Positions 1-13,566 of a stretch of 64,000 nt of DNA are shown here, one piece after another; position 1 is the first letter of the stretch; the number at the start of each line of letters is the position of its first letter. Made by a program: the position numbers and the translations under genes. The notes beneath the pieces are model-generated. The model saw only the letters and a program-made list of their open reading frames with translations. It searched no databases and was not told where the DNA came from. The stretch is from Octopus vulgaris (Eukaryota), in assembly GCA_951406725.2 (NCBI GenBank), contig OX597814.1, positions 97,092,001 through 97,156,000 of the forward strand. The letters are read 5' to 3'.

Positions 1-639
1 GCCAATTGTCAATGCAGCAGCAGCATTGACAAAATATGAACTGTTAACCATTGAATTAATAATCAAATATGAAATATCTATAGTTGTTGATTAATAAAAT
101 ATGATTTAATTGATATATAGATTTTATGAAGAAGGTTCATATACAGAAAACGATTAGTAAGATTTAGTAATAGGTAGATTTGTGAGAACCACAAGATTAT
201 TGTAACGCTAATAATTATATGAGAAAATGAACATTGTTTCATTAGCTTTTCGAGAAAATAGAAAGAGCTTTTTTAAGTACACAATTACAAATATAATAAT
301 CCAAATAAATACTAGTTCTTTACTTATCCCTCTAAAATTCAGTAGTTATAAGTTCTCAATGTGTAGTGGTATAGCAAAGGTTCCCAGAGTCTAGGGGCAA
401 AGTTTGTTTTGGTGCCACTGCCTTAATTAGCAAACCTAATAGAGGAAATTTTCTGCCTCTTCACACAGAACCTGGGATTGACCGCCCCTTTCTCTCCTTA
501 CTATACATCTGCTATGTGGGGACTCAGTTATTCAAAACAATGCATATATTTAATGGATATATAAGATGTTTTTTTAATGCTTCATAACTAAGACAGAAAC
601 TTTTAGCTAATGGCTTTCATGTTTTTATATATATATATA

Positions 640-971
640 TGATGGCCATCCACTCATGACCGAGGAAGACCATTGTTGTCCTTCAAGAACACTGAGTGCT
701 CTAGGACTATTTTATTTTGCATTTGTGGCTCCGTTGGTGGCTAATGAGTCCTGCTCGACAAGCTAACATGTCTGCAAACATTGCAAACCAAGCTTTCCCC
801 ATTCACTACACCAGCGGTGCACTTTCGAGAAGCACGCTTAAGTTCTTCATGCAGAATACATGAACTCTCAAAGGTGTTGACCCCCTCCTTAACCTGCTTC
901 CTCCATCTGTGGCGATGACAGGCATTACTCTCCCATTCACTCTCCTGCATATCACAGGCCCTTAATGAGGA
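640..971 (-). mobile_element. 3' fragment of an RTE-type LINE
   Basis: Translation contains WE..A..R.RWRKQVKEGV..FE and a C-terminal CxxC, typical of RTE ORF ends; bounded by microsatellites. Confidence 0.65.
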
Positions 972-977
972 ATAGAT

Positions 978-1037
<60 letters not shown>

Positions 1038-1040
1038 CAG
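972..1040. repeat. (TAGA)n microsatellite
   Basis: About 16 direct TAGA units. Confidence 0.97.
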
Positions 1041-4000
1041 ACACACACAAATTCAACTTTCAATTAAAGCATAAATAAATAATACTCAGGGTAGCAGGTA
1101 TACAAAGATATTCTACAGAACCATTTTTCAAGTTATCTCTTATTCTTCAAGTTATGGATATAATTTTACTGCAAAATATCTTTACATTTAATATATATTC
1201 ATTTATAAAAGCAAAATAGTTAAAAATTGCTAATATAATAGTTCAACTGTTGATTTTAAAATGTTGAACTTATATAAGTTAAGTAGCTACTTAAAAAAGC
1301 AATGATTATTTAGCCTGAATATAAGTAATGATGGCTTGAATATAGTGTTCTGCATTTAAAAATTTTTCAAGATTCTTTTCTTATACTTAAGAGAGTATTG
1401 CAATTTCCTTGAAGTATCAAATTGTAAGTAACTGATATAAATGTTTGAAAAAAGTCCTTTGAGCATTGTAGGTAAGAAGTTACACAAAATATGTAAAGTG
1501 ATGTCAATAAAGGAAAACATTGTATTATCTCATGTAAGTTATTTAACGAGCCTATAGTTCAAGAAGGAAACTTCACATTTCTCTGAACTCTATTTTTTAT
1601 TTGAAAAGAAGAATCTTTCCCAAAATATTATAGGACCATTAAATAAACTAGGTAAGGTAATACAATAATTTTTCCCTTTGATTTCATTTATTGCCATCAC
1701 ATATTTTGTCTGCATTGTTTAAAGGATTTTTTCAAACATATCATTTTCAGTTATTTCAAAAAACTTTTTATATTTTATCTTATATAGTGAAAACGTATAA
1801 CATAAATTAATTATCTTTTAATTCATGATTTTTAAAAACTAAATGAATAAATGAAACCATGTAAGTATACAGGCATAAAAAGAAAAAAGAGATCTCTGGT
1901 TTATGCCTATATACAATATCCTTATCAACCTAGTCATTCACTAACTCTCAGTTTCTTTACTTAATATAACCAATAAAGAAACACATACACACAAAAAAAA
2001 ACAACAAAGAATGGGTGCAAAACACAAAAACTGCTGCAAGGAACAAGCAACCAAATTTACAATGTTGAAAACATTGAAAGGAAAGGAGTTCAAAAATAAC
2101 AGGAAGGAACAACAAAGGTAAAAAAAAAAAAATTACTTTAATTCAGTCTTAAAAAATTAACCAATCTTTTTTGTAGTTTAAAGAAATATTCATAACGTTT
2201 ATAGTTAAACTTTAGTATAAACAAAATATATAATTGTAAAAAATACTTTGCTAGTTGAAATAAACAATGGTTAAATAAAACTAAGAAATATATTTACAAA
2301 ATATTTTTTTCTCTTATGTCCACATTATTATTATTTTGTTATCTAGCATGAGGTAAATGGAGTATTTCCTATAATCTATGTCTAAATGTTTCATGCAATT
2401 TTCAGTTTACAAATTCATAAATGTTAGTATTTTAGTAGAAGCTCAAAAAGAAACCTAAATTTTTCTCTTTCTTTATGAGAAAGTAGGCAACTACCTAGGA
2501 ATTTGAGAAAGCTAGAGAGAAAAATTAAAAGACATCCTTCAGAAAATTATTAAAGGTTTTAAGTTTTCCAAAATGTGCTATTTCCTACATTCTAGACTGT
2601 TAGTTGATTAATCTCAATCTTAGAATTGGCAAACACCACAAGCAAAAATTCAAGACATTTTTTTCTTCCTTTTCTTCTTTTGAAACATTTTTTTCCACTT
2701 TAAGGAAAATGATATGCATAAAAGAAAATGTATTTATAAAGCTTTAGATATTATGTTTAGGCATAAATACATGCCTAGACATAAACAAATGTATCAAATT
2801 AAGCCAAACCTATTCACTACAATACTCCACTACTCTTAATCATTATAAAGAGAACACAAGAAGTAAAACATTGATAATCAAAAATAATGAAGAGGAGAAA
2901 AAATAGGTAAGTAACAGTTTAATAGATACTAGTAACCGTTAATATTGCAAGAAGAAGAAATCCCTACCAACAAAGAAAGAAAATCACACAAGAGAAAAAC
3001 CTAAAACAGAACCAAGCACAACCTGTTCACATGACTTCCAAACATGCTGGTAACATCAACAAAAGGAAATAACTGCCATTATTTACCTGAAAAATACAAA
3101 AACAATAATTAATTAATATAAGCTTCAAATCTGTAATTAAAATATTATCAAATACGTCTGCATAAGAGCAAAAAAACAAAACAAAACAAAACACAATTAC
3201 ATGTTGAGGCAAGTATGAAAGCCTATGATAGGGGTTTGCAAAGACCATTCTTTTTGTTGAAGAATATTTCACATTTAGATGCCTTAAATGAGTGGTTTTC
3301 ATTAAAACTTATGTGCAATAAACTGGTTATATTTCTACTACACACAAAATATTTAAACATTTTTTAAAACAATTTCTAATATTTAATCATAAAAATATAA
3401 TAGCAGATTTTAGACATGGAATAGGTAATGAAGCCCCCTGCTGAGTAACATAGGAATCAAAGGGGTCATAAGCAAAAAAAAAAATGGTTGAGAACAACTG
3501 CCTAAAATGAAGCAAAACAATTTTTCTTAAGCAGATTTTGGCATTAAGTACACTGTTAACACCTATCTCCATAATAAGTATAGTCAAAGTATGAGAAAAA
3601 ATATTAAGTCAATATATACATGACTCAACAAATAAGCAGTTTTATAAATACTAAGGATACAAATGCTTTAATATTTAAGGTTTATGCAAGCCATGCTTGA
3701 ACTAGGTTCTCAAGTTTTGCTCTAATTCAGAATAGTAAAGTGGAGTATTTCTGATTGTTTTGCCACATCTGGGTATGAAAGCATTCAAATTCTCAGTACA
3801 CTTAATATGTGTCACTGCAAAGCATTGTTAGAGAAAGCACTGTAAAGCTTCTTCAACAAGAAATCATTAGTTTTCAGTAATATGAATTTGATAAAAGACA
3901 TATTTACAAACAACCAGGAGTTAGTGAATTAGAATACAATACTAAAGAAAAGGTTGGATAGCAATATTATAGACATTTAAAACTGTATCATCGAAAGTCA

Positions 4001-4649
4001 TCATAGAAACATATTTACCATAAACACAAGGAGTTACAAGGCTTCTATACCTACAAAGCTATTATAAAATATGACTACAAAAATATATAGCAAAGAATAA
4101 ACAGCAACAAAACAAGAACAAACAAAGAAAAACTATATTGTCTTAAGAAAGATGTAAAACAAAGGCTGCAGTAAAGAGGTAAGAGGCAATTGTGAAGAAG
4201 ATGGTGAAACAAAATGAGAGAATTTGATAAATTAGATTAAAAATAAGACTTCAAGATGCAATAGTAAGAAGGTGAGGGAAGAACCCGAACATGATCAATA
4301 CCAAAAAAGAATGAGTTACGTACATTAAATAAAAGTCCTTAAACCGATTGAAACCCAAGAAAGTACATCTGAGGCTAGAGAGTTTTGACTGAGCATATAA
4401 CAAAAAAGCCTACCCCCAAGAACTAAACTAAACAAAAAAATTACATATAAATAGACTCGAGCATAAAAAACAACAGAACATGTGAAAGCTGTAAGAAACA
4501 ATAACATCATTTCTGGTTCCCCAACTATAATTAAAATCAGACATTTAGATATACTGAAGACATTAAGGAGAACAAAAAAATTTTTTTCCCAAGAGATATT
4601 ATATCATAGAAAGCAATGGGTAACTGATTAAACTTAAGGGCCTAGAAGA

Positions 4650-6465
4650 TGGGGTGGTTGGGTGGGTCAATGTAAGCGTACTCTTAGCAGAGAAATGAGC
4701 AGAAAAAGTGATTGAGGTAGTCAAAGAGTGTGATAAGATTGTATAAGCTGAGATTAGTATTAGATTATGCTACAGTAACATTTATCTCAGTATATGCCCC
4801 ACAAGTTGGACTGATGGATGAACTAAAGGATCACTTCTATGAGTCCAGAAAGCCACCAGCCACTTGGTCACTTATGAATCTGGTGGACACAAAAGCCAAA
4901 TTGACAACATTTTCACCAGAAAACAGGTTAGGCAGATGCTTGTGAATTCAAAGTCCTTTCCTGGTGAAGAATGTACTTCCCAACATCGGTTAATCTTGAG
5001 TTCAGACTAAGAGCTCTAGCAAAGCAATATGGAAAAGGAAGAGCTAAAGGCTTAGAGATTTTTTAAACAGCTAGAGATTTGATGAAAAAGAGGAGATAGG
5101 GACATATAATGTAGAGGACAATTGGAAATTCTTACAAGACAACCTACTGAGGGCTACAAATCAAATTTGTGGTAGGTGCAAAATTCCAGCTAGACCAAGG
5201 GTGACATGGTGGTGGAACAAGGAAGTAGACAGAGCAATAAAAGTGATGAAGCAAGCGTGGAAGGTTTTGAACAATGGGGACAGCAGAGAACTTTACCAGG
5301 TATCTAGAAGAGAAGCTAGGAGGTAGGTCTATTTAGCAAGGGAAGTGGCAGAAAAAAAAGGGGTTTGCCAACATTCTACACCATGAGGACAAAAGACATG
5401 AGGTGTTTCCCAATTGCAAGGCAGTGTACCAGAGAAAATTGAGATGTGGAAGAGAAATCTATGCAGAAAGAGGATGACTTGCTTGCATTTAGTGATTCTG
5501 AAAAGAAGGAGGCATAGAAGTGATATTATGAAAGGTTATTAAATGTGAAGAATGCATAGAAGAAAGAGAATCTCCCTAATGTGAACCTGACAGAGTGTCT
5601 AGCCATTTGTGTTGTAGTTAAAGTAATTAAGAAAATGAAGACTGAGAAAATCCCTGGTATATCTGGAATTACCTCTGATATGCTTAAAATATCTGGCAGG
5701 GTAGGATATGGCCTAGTAACTCATATAGTTAATCAGATTGTACAAGAAGGCATCATATCCAATGACTGGTGTAGCAGCACCATAGTCAACTGTTATAAGG
5801 GTAAAGTATGTGTTGATCTCTATGGAAGAGGTAGACCTAAGAAGACGAGGGACAAAGTGGTGAAGACTGACCTCAAGAAGAGATTATAGGAGACTGTGAT
5901 AAATGGAGTTATGCTGTGCTTGGGAAGATTTGTCCATCTCAGCAGAATTAAGGCTCAGTCAAGCCATTTCCCACAATTCATCTTTTATTTTCTTCACTTC
6001 CTACTACACTGAACTGATATCCTCTGTGTCCAACTAATTTGCTATCTTTAATCATCTTTCACACTATTTTCACTCAGTACATTTCCTATTCTGTCTCGTG
6101 TTCATGTACCTGGACCTCACGTCTCTCTCTTTCTCTCACTTCCCAGGTGAGCAAGCCATGCGCTCACATCTTCAGCAAAACACCTGTTCCTCATCCTCCA
6201 CCATAGTTTCTTTCGCCAGTCTACACCCCGCTCAGTTGAGGAGTCTTATTTTGTGGGTACTTGGTGACCTCACTGGTGCTGGTGCTACGTAAAATGCACC
6301 CAGTAGGCTACTAAGTAATTAGCATTAGAAAGTGCATCCAGATGTAGAAACTATGCCAAAGCAAACATGGATCCTGGTGGAGCCCTCTGGCTCTTTTGTT
6401 CTTGTCAAACTTGCCAACCAATGCCAGCAAGGAAAAAGAGATGTTAAATGATGATGATGATGATG
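4650..6465 (+). mobile_element. Degenerate, internally deleted RTE LINE with (GAT)n tail
   Basis: Endonuclease remnant ISVYAPQVG, TWWWN motif, pre-RT remnant (PGISGITSDMLK...NDW...YKGK), GRGRPKKT, 3' UTR ending gttaaatgatgatgat; many stops and frameshifts. Confidence 0.85.
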
Positions 6466-6974
6466 GCTGAGTTATGCACTGAAGGAACACAATAGGATTA
6501 TTACAATAATAATAAATTAATATTCAACGTAAGACCCTGGTCGATTTCTCAGTCCAAATTGCCAACAAAATAGAAGTCACTACAAGTAAATATTATTGTA
6601 AAGAGACCATCCCCAATCCAAATTTGCAAGATCATAGCTAGAAAATTATTGGTTAGGAGGAACAGAAAATATCCTGTCAAAGGTAATGTTAGAAACCACA
6701 CCAAATTAGCTTTTAAAGAAATGCTGGAATTGAGATATAAATAGCAGAGTTGGAGAAAACTAATAAGTCCTTAAGAGTTGAGAAGACTTGTTACTATCAC
6801 ATTCCTTATATGAAACTTGATATGACTAATGTGCATCTTCTTCATGATTATGATGATGATAATGAAATAATAAACAATATATGACTGAATTTTATGGAAA
6901 AGAAAAACTTCAGCAAAATCATCGAAGAGAACTAAAAGTTATATTTTTGAATACAATGAATTAGAATTTTGTAC

Positions 6975-7030
6975 CTGAATTCATCTGTGTCTGTTGATAA
7001 TTCTTGTTCAATTTGTAGAAATACATTCAC
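6975..7030 (-). CDS. DOP1: Dopey exon (VNVFLQIEQELSTDTDEF)
   Basis: ttatag|GTG acceptor, AG|gtacaa donor; 56 nt; resembles the conserved V.VFL..EQEL segment. Confidence 0.9.
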
Positions 7031-8421
7031 CTATAAGGAAGTAAAGTAGAACAACCAGTAAGTCATATAAAGAAAATATGCGTGATTCCAATATCAGTTA
7101 TTCAATTTGAGGCTTCTTACTGACTAACGATTAATTTTTATTTAAATTCCTTCTTAAGAACTATGAAAATAATTTAAACAGTCTACTGAATGAATTATAT
7201 ATTACAGTAATCAAACAGAGAAAACAAACATAATATACACAGAATTGGGGGAAAAATTCATGATAGATGGAGAGGGAACACAAATAGCATTGAAAACACA
7301 CACACATTATATATGATAAAAATGTTTTTTCTTTTTCTGTTAAAATTCTAATTTTATTCTCAATGAAACACTTTTTCTAAAATTGAAATCCCAATTAAAT
7401 AAAGTGTGTAAAGATTTTTTTTCTCTATTCTAGTATAGAAAATTAAAAATTGTGTCATGCAGTGTTTGGGTGCATGAAGTGAATCTGGGCACATGGCATG
7501 CAATTTTTCCTGCATAGTTTCTCATAAATGTCAATGTTCTGATATAAATAATAATAATAATAGGGCACAATGACTTTGGCTAGTGTATTGAAATTGTTGG
7601 TGTAGTTCTGAAAATTTGGACATATGACATGCAGTTTTGTTTACCTCTCATATATCTCAGTATTCTGGTATAAATAACAGTAGGGCATAATAACTGTGGC
7701 TTATGTGTAACAATTGTATGAAGAGATCAGTAAATCCTTGAGATTTCATTAATGTACTCAGACAGAACACAGAGACAAAGGCAGCTAAAACCTACATTTA
7801 TCTATCAAATATTCAATAACAATATCTTAATAGTTAACAATATCTTAAACTGAATACTTAATAATGAGAAATATATTCAAATAAAGAAGCATTGATAACA
7901 TTCTTTACTTTTTAATGTAAATGAATTTAATTATCTAAAAAGAAACCAAATTAATGCTTTACTTTTCAGCTTTTGAGGTTAAATTTTATTGTATTAGGCA
8001 AGTGAAACAGCTTATTTTGCCTGAAATTACTCACCTTAACATCCATCATAAAGTGTTTTGGCTTCAGATTTCAGTACCTTAAACATCTTAACCTCAAAAT
8101 AATTTTATCAAAATACTCTAATCAAAGTAGCATATCACCAAAACATGAAGTGCACCTGAGCATTGTATACAATAAGTTCATTATCATCATCATCATTATT
8201 ATTATTATTATTATAAAAAGACCTATTTATCTACAGAAGCTTAAGGTGATATCACTATACCCCCCCCCCAGCCTTATTTGGACAAAACATTTTTTGACTG
8301 TGTATTTGGTCAGGAAAGACAGAATCCAAAGAAATTACTTATAAGATATTGCAAACAATTCAATGGAATGAATATATAATTATAGTTCACAATGAAAATA
8401 AATTAGGTGTGAATAACTCAC

Positions 8422-8558
8422 CATTTCAGTGATAATAATTGGCCAAAGTGAAGTCAGTTGAAGTGGAGACATTCTAAGTATTAATACACGGAAACAGAGA
8501 AATACTTGTGACATAACAGATGGCACTTGAGGTGTTCTTAGACATTCAGCAAGACGCT
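8422..8558 (-). CDS. DOP1: Dopey exon (ERLAECLR...FRVLILRMSPLQLTSLWPIIITEM)
   Basis: gaatag|AG acceptor, ATG|gtgagt donor; 137 nt. Confidence 0.95.
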
Positions 8559-8785
8559 CTATTCATCAAAACAAAAAATATAATGTACCAAAGAGTTTTC
8601 TGCAGATCAACTTTATTTACTTACCTGACAAATTCTAGTTATCAAAGAAAATTATTTCTTTAAATAAATTACAAATTGAATTACAACAGTTTTTATCAAT
8701 TTAAAATTTTCATTTACATGCTAAATAAAAACGAAGAAATAAACAACAGCAACAAACAAATAATGGAACAAGGAAGGAGAATTAC

Positions 8786-8938
8786 CTTGAATATCTGGCA
8801 TGTTTCTTTGATACTGATCTGATTCACTACTTAAAATGGTAAAAGATAACCGCTTCAGCATCTGGGCACGTAACTCAAATTCTTGTTCCTTGCTACTGAA
8901 GAGATTCAGGGAACCAGACTGTGTTATGGCAACACGGG
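8786..8938 (-). CDS. DOP1: Dopey exon (RVAITQSGSLNLF...LKRLSFTILSSESDQYQRNMPDIQ)
   Basis: ttgtag|CC acceptor, G|gtaatt donor; 153 nt. Confidence 0.95.
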
Positions 8939-8974
8939 CTACAAAATAAAGAAATGACAATTAGTAAGAACAGG

Positions 8975-9265
8975 TTTCTTCCCAATCACATGGTTCTGGG
9001 TTCAGTCCCACTGTGTAGTAGATTGGGCAAGTATCTCTTACTATTGCCTCAGGTTGACCAAAGCCTTGTGAATGGATTTGGTAGATGGAAACTGAAAGAA
9101 GCCTGTCATATGTGTGTGTGTGTTTCCCCATCACCATTTGACAACCGGTGATGGCGTGATTACATCCCCATAACTCAGCAGTTGTTCTGGAGTCAATTTG
9201 TCTGACTAAAATCCTTCAAGTCCATGCTCCAGCATGGCTGAAACAAGTAAAAGAATAAAAGAAAG
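8975..9265 (+). mobile_element. tRNA-derived SINE
   Basis: B-box-like GGTTCAGTCCC, then ttgggcaagt; related segments near 48250 and 63080; boundaries approximate. Confidence 0.6.
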
Positions 9266-10324
9266 ACAAGTCACATTAACATGATTTTGTCGAAAGAATA
9301 CCTGTCCATCATCATAACAGTTCCTCCATGGTGGCATTGGCTGGAGAGGTCTGTTACATAGAAACAAACATTCGGCCCAGAATTGTAACATTGGGTGTTT
9401 TGTTGCCTACATCAATGGGTGACCCCTAGTAGTCCTTGTGTGACAGTAGAAGGGGCTGAAACACCTACAGCACTACTTCACTGCCTAATACATGAACTGC
9501 TAGATTCGAGAGAGAGAGAGAGAGCACAGAAGCACCCTTAGCACACAAGTGTTTTATTCTAAACATACTGTCATGTGTTTATGACTCAACACCCTAAAAT
9601 CTGACCTCTCCATTTCTTACCAAATATTAAGGTGTCTGAAATATGTAAGAGTAGACTTATAGCCAATACTGAAGTTGTGGTCTTTTTAGTGATGATAACC
9701 ATAAAGTTACATGTGGTTGCCTAGCCTGCTAGAAATAACAGTGAAATCTTACCTATGGCACTCTACTGTCTTACTAAAAACAAAACCAGGAAGGACACAA
9801 TAGATAATACAGTATGAGATACAGTCATAGAAGTCTGGTGCTGGCATTTTCCTGGCTGGTTCCTGTCAAACCATCCCACCCCTGCCAACTTGGAAGGCAG
9901 ACGTTAAATGATAATGATGAGATAGGCATGAAAAAGACTGGGTGATCACAGAGTGCCTATTTTAGGTCTGCTTCATTAGGACCTAAATGGTAACCACCAC
10001 AACAGTATTAGAGAAACAGAATAGGTAAGAATTTTAAAAAAAAGAACTTAAGCTTCTCAACAAATATTATCTGTATCATTTCTGCTTATCACAACTAGTG
10101 TTCGAATGTTATAGTCTCAAAGGGAAATAACTTCGTCTTGAACAAATGTAATCAATAGAAGAGGAGGTAACAGGTGTTGGGAGCAGATGTGCAAGTGGCA
10201 ATGGTCAGATATAGAAAATAAAATGAAGAGCATTTTCCTTGTTTCTGCCTGTTTCTGTCTCTCGTGTTTACTCTTGTGAATTCTTGGTGAAGAAGGATAA
10301 TAATAATAATAATAACAATAATAC

Positions 10325-11078
10325 GGGAGTGCCATGAAAGCAGTATGTTAAATGGTCAACTGCCCTGAAAGTGACCTGTTGTGGATGGTAGTAGTGATTG
10401 AATTCCTGAAACATCTCTTTTGAATGTTTTGTTTATAAAATTTGCATAGGTGTTATTCTAAACAGCCATAGTGGTAAAGTTAGGAAGGAGGTGGCAGAGA
10501 GATAGAAGACAAAGAAGAAAGAGAAGGGAGAATAAGAAGGAATGTAGGTAGTATGATAGAAGTAAGGTGTTAAATGGTCAAGTGACCTAAAATTAGCTTG
10601 TTATGGATTATAGCAGTGATTGGGACTGTTTTTTAATGAATTCTTAGGAACCTCTTGAGTGTATCATTTTTAATATTTGTGTGTGTTTGTGTTATTCTAA
10701 GGCTGTGTGGATATGTCGTCTGTTGTAGACGCGTTCAAAAGAGGTCTGTATTTTGTAATAGAGTCTCTTTACTAATTCATTGGTTACAGGTTGTATCGTC
10801 CCTGAATTGGTAGAGGGGGGAAAATTCTGAAGCTTGGATTTTTGTTATTGGCGCAAATGTCTATGTGTTGGCTGAATGCTATTTTTCTGTTTTGGGGGAT
10901 TTTGATCTGGGATCTGTGTAGAGCCATTCTTTTATGTAGACTGTTTTTTATTTGGCCTATGTATTGTTCTTGATACTCAGAGCAGGTTAGTGCGTATATC
11001 AGGTTCTCTGAAGCACATGTGAAGTTGCTTTTCACTGTGAAACATTGCTCCTGTCTGAAGGAGAACTCTGATAACATT
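10325..11078 (-). mobile_element. Penelope-like element relic (GIY-YIG endonuclease and 3' region)
   Basis: ORF 10784-11077 has FTCASENLIYALTC...QYIGQ...KRMALHRS...HI, the Penelope GIY-YIG signature; frameshifted end; degenerate ~130-bp direct repeat downstream. Confidence 0.85.
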
Positions 11079-11147
11079 AAAAAGAAAACTTATGGTTAAC
11101 AAAATTTCATAAAAAGTGGAAAACAATTCAATAATCTGAAGACTTAC

Positions 11148-11359
11148 ACATCAGGTCTTTGAAAGTAGTTTTATCATGAGTCATCAGGTTATCAATAACA
11201 ATGCTCCAGTGACATAAGCACTTCAAATCCATTTGGAAAAAACTAGGGTCCATCAGCAAATCAAATGCTTCCTTTCGCCAAGCCTTTCGTGTATACTGGT
11301 AACCACTAATACTGGATAGAAGCTGGGAAGCTGCTCTGAAGCTGGGTATATTGTGGCCG
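11148..11359 (-). CDS. DOP1: Dopey exon ([32 protein letters not shown]...DKTTFKDLM)
   Basis: tcacag|C acceptor, T|gtaagt donor; 212 nt; found by translation. Confidence 0.95.
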
Positions 11360-11504
11360 CTGTGAATAGAAATATATAAACATAAGTAATTTTAAAATGT
11401 AATAATTATATGTTTAAAAAAAAGAAGTAATAATTATTACCTTTCTATAATTATCTTGAAATACACACATACTTTAATAAAAAAAAAAGGCAATGCAGTA
11501 ATAA

Positions 11505-11935
11505 CAAGAATTGTTTTTGATTTATACACAAGGCCAGAAATTTTGAGGGGAGGGAATTGACCCCAGTATTTGATTAATACTTTATTTTATTGACCCTGAA
11601 AGAACAAAAGATAAAGATGACAGGATTTGAAACCAGAATATATAGAGGTAGAAAAAAATACTGTATGGAATTTTGTCTGATATGTTAATGATTCCGCCAG
11701 CTAGCTGTCTTTCTACCTTTCATTAAGAAAATTTAAGAATTTCATTTAACAATCCTTTCTACTATAGGCACAAGGCTTGAAATTATTTAGGGGAGAGGGT
11801 TAGTCAATTACACTGACCTCAGTATTCAACTGGTACTTATTTTATCAATCCAGAAAAGATGAAAGGCAAAGTCAATCTTGACAGCATTTGAACTTGGAAT
11901 GTAAAGCTTGAAGAAATGTACTTGCTTGCCACCTT
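11505..11935 (-). mobile_element. Two tandem tRNA-SINE copies (Nin/Deu-like core)
   Basis: Core tacttattttatc..ccc.gaaagatgaaaggcaaagtc...atttgaact recurs near 16310, 20930, 38070, 43390 and 49810. Confidence 0.75.
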
Positions 11936-13339
11936 AATTTTGGTTAATAATAGAAACAAGAAATCTCAGTAGTGACCCTTCTATTACTTCGAAATATTAA
12001 ACTGTAGAGCTAGCTCCAATCCTTAATAAACTCTATAATATTTCTCTCTCTTTTCAAAGGAATCTATTTCAATCTAGAGACACATGGTATAGGAAGTCCT
12101 GTTTTTGAAATGCATATCCTTATGGATCTTGCCATGTACCAATCTATGACTCATTTCCAACATCACAAAAGTGAAGAAGATAGTCATAAACAACCATCTC
12201 TTCTATTCCCTTCCCCTCCATGTTCAGTAACTACCAGTACAGTTTCCATAGTGCCAGTTCTACTGGAGATTTTCTCCCCTTTGTCTTATACCAGTAGTTA
12301 CTGACTCTCTAAAATTTCAGCACCAGCAATGTTGTTCTTGAATCAACAAAGCCATTGACTATGGTTAGCATGAGAACTTCCTTGATAAGCTGCTAGCCTT
12401 TGGGATTCATCATGTCTAACTCCCTGGATTGAAATATGTACTGAAATGGTTCCTCTAACCCATGCTATCAACTCTAATGCTTCTCAAGATTTCATTCTGT
12501 CTTCTACACACTTCTTTCTATTGATTAACAACCTCTTACTATCACTTCTAATAACATACATCGTTCACTAGACAGTTGTAACCTTCCACATCTAAATCTG
12601 ATTTAACAACCTCTTGAGAGACTTGCATTACCTCCAAGAACAAAGATCTACTAAAAGAAAATCGCAATGGACATATGACAGACTAGTTTCCTTCAGCAAC
12701 ACAAAATCAACTGCCATGCATATGAAAGAAAGTCTCACATGGACAACATGCAACTAAAGACCCCAAAGCAGTTTTAAATGCCAGACCCCACAATCACTGA
12801 TGATCATTTGCAGTGACTTCACATTTATAAGATAATTAAAAGTGCTTTTTCCCTGAAGTAAGGTTGCCATTTCAGGAAAATGCTTCAGTTCTGATGGGAA
12901 CTTGAAAATAAAAAAAATTTAAGAAATTTGGTTACAACTTCTGTCTTTCAGACAATGTTTCTTCTCTCAGCCACTTCTATACCAACTGCCACCACCTCTA
13001 TCTCTCTAAACTAGTTAACATCATACCACACCATGCTACCTGTATTAGGCCTATGGACAGATCTGTCTTTCCTACTCTTGTCCCATTATTTATCACTCAA
13101 AAGATCCCACTCAAAATACTTTGCTCAAATATTCCTCCATAAAGCTACAAACTGCTAGAATTCTTCTCAACTTGTACACATTTTTGTGCTAACAACCTTC
13201 AGATGTCCAAGATGGATCTTGGATCTTACTAGTCTAAGAGGGTTAGCAAAAGTTATAAGCACAGGTTCTCTTCAGCGGAAAGTGTGTGTGTGTGCTTTTC
13301 TATAAAAGTGAATGCTGAATAGTTAAAAAAACTACAAAC

Positions 13340-13449
13340 CTATGATTTCTCAAATATGGGAAGACATTGTACATAATAGAAGTTAGGAATGAGGCTATTC
13401 TTTCCTTCTCATCGCTGCCATAAACAACATCCAAGAGAGGGGCCGTCAG
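13340..13449 (-). CDS. DOP1: Dopey exon (LTAPLLDVVYGSDEKER...VFPYLRNH)
   Basis: atatag|CTG acceptor, AG|gtttgt donor; 110 nt; found by translation. Confidence 0.93.
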
Positions 13450-13566
13450 CTATATAACAAAGGAAAAAAATTTACATAAATATGTATGTGTATGTATGTA
13501 TATACACATACGTACATATATAAATTAGAAAAAAAACACCAATTCAACAATGAAAAAATTATATAT

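Noticed and set aside
6-32. 10-bp-stem hairpin ttgtcaatgc/gcattgacaa
   Set aside because: Short, at the window edge and expected by chance in 64 kb.
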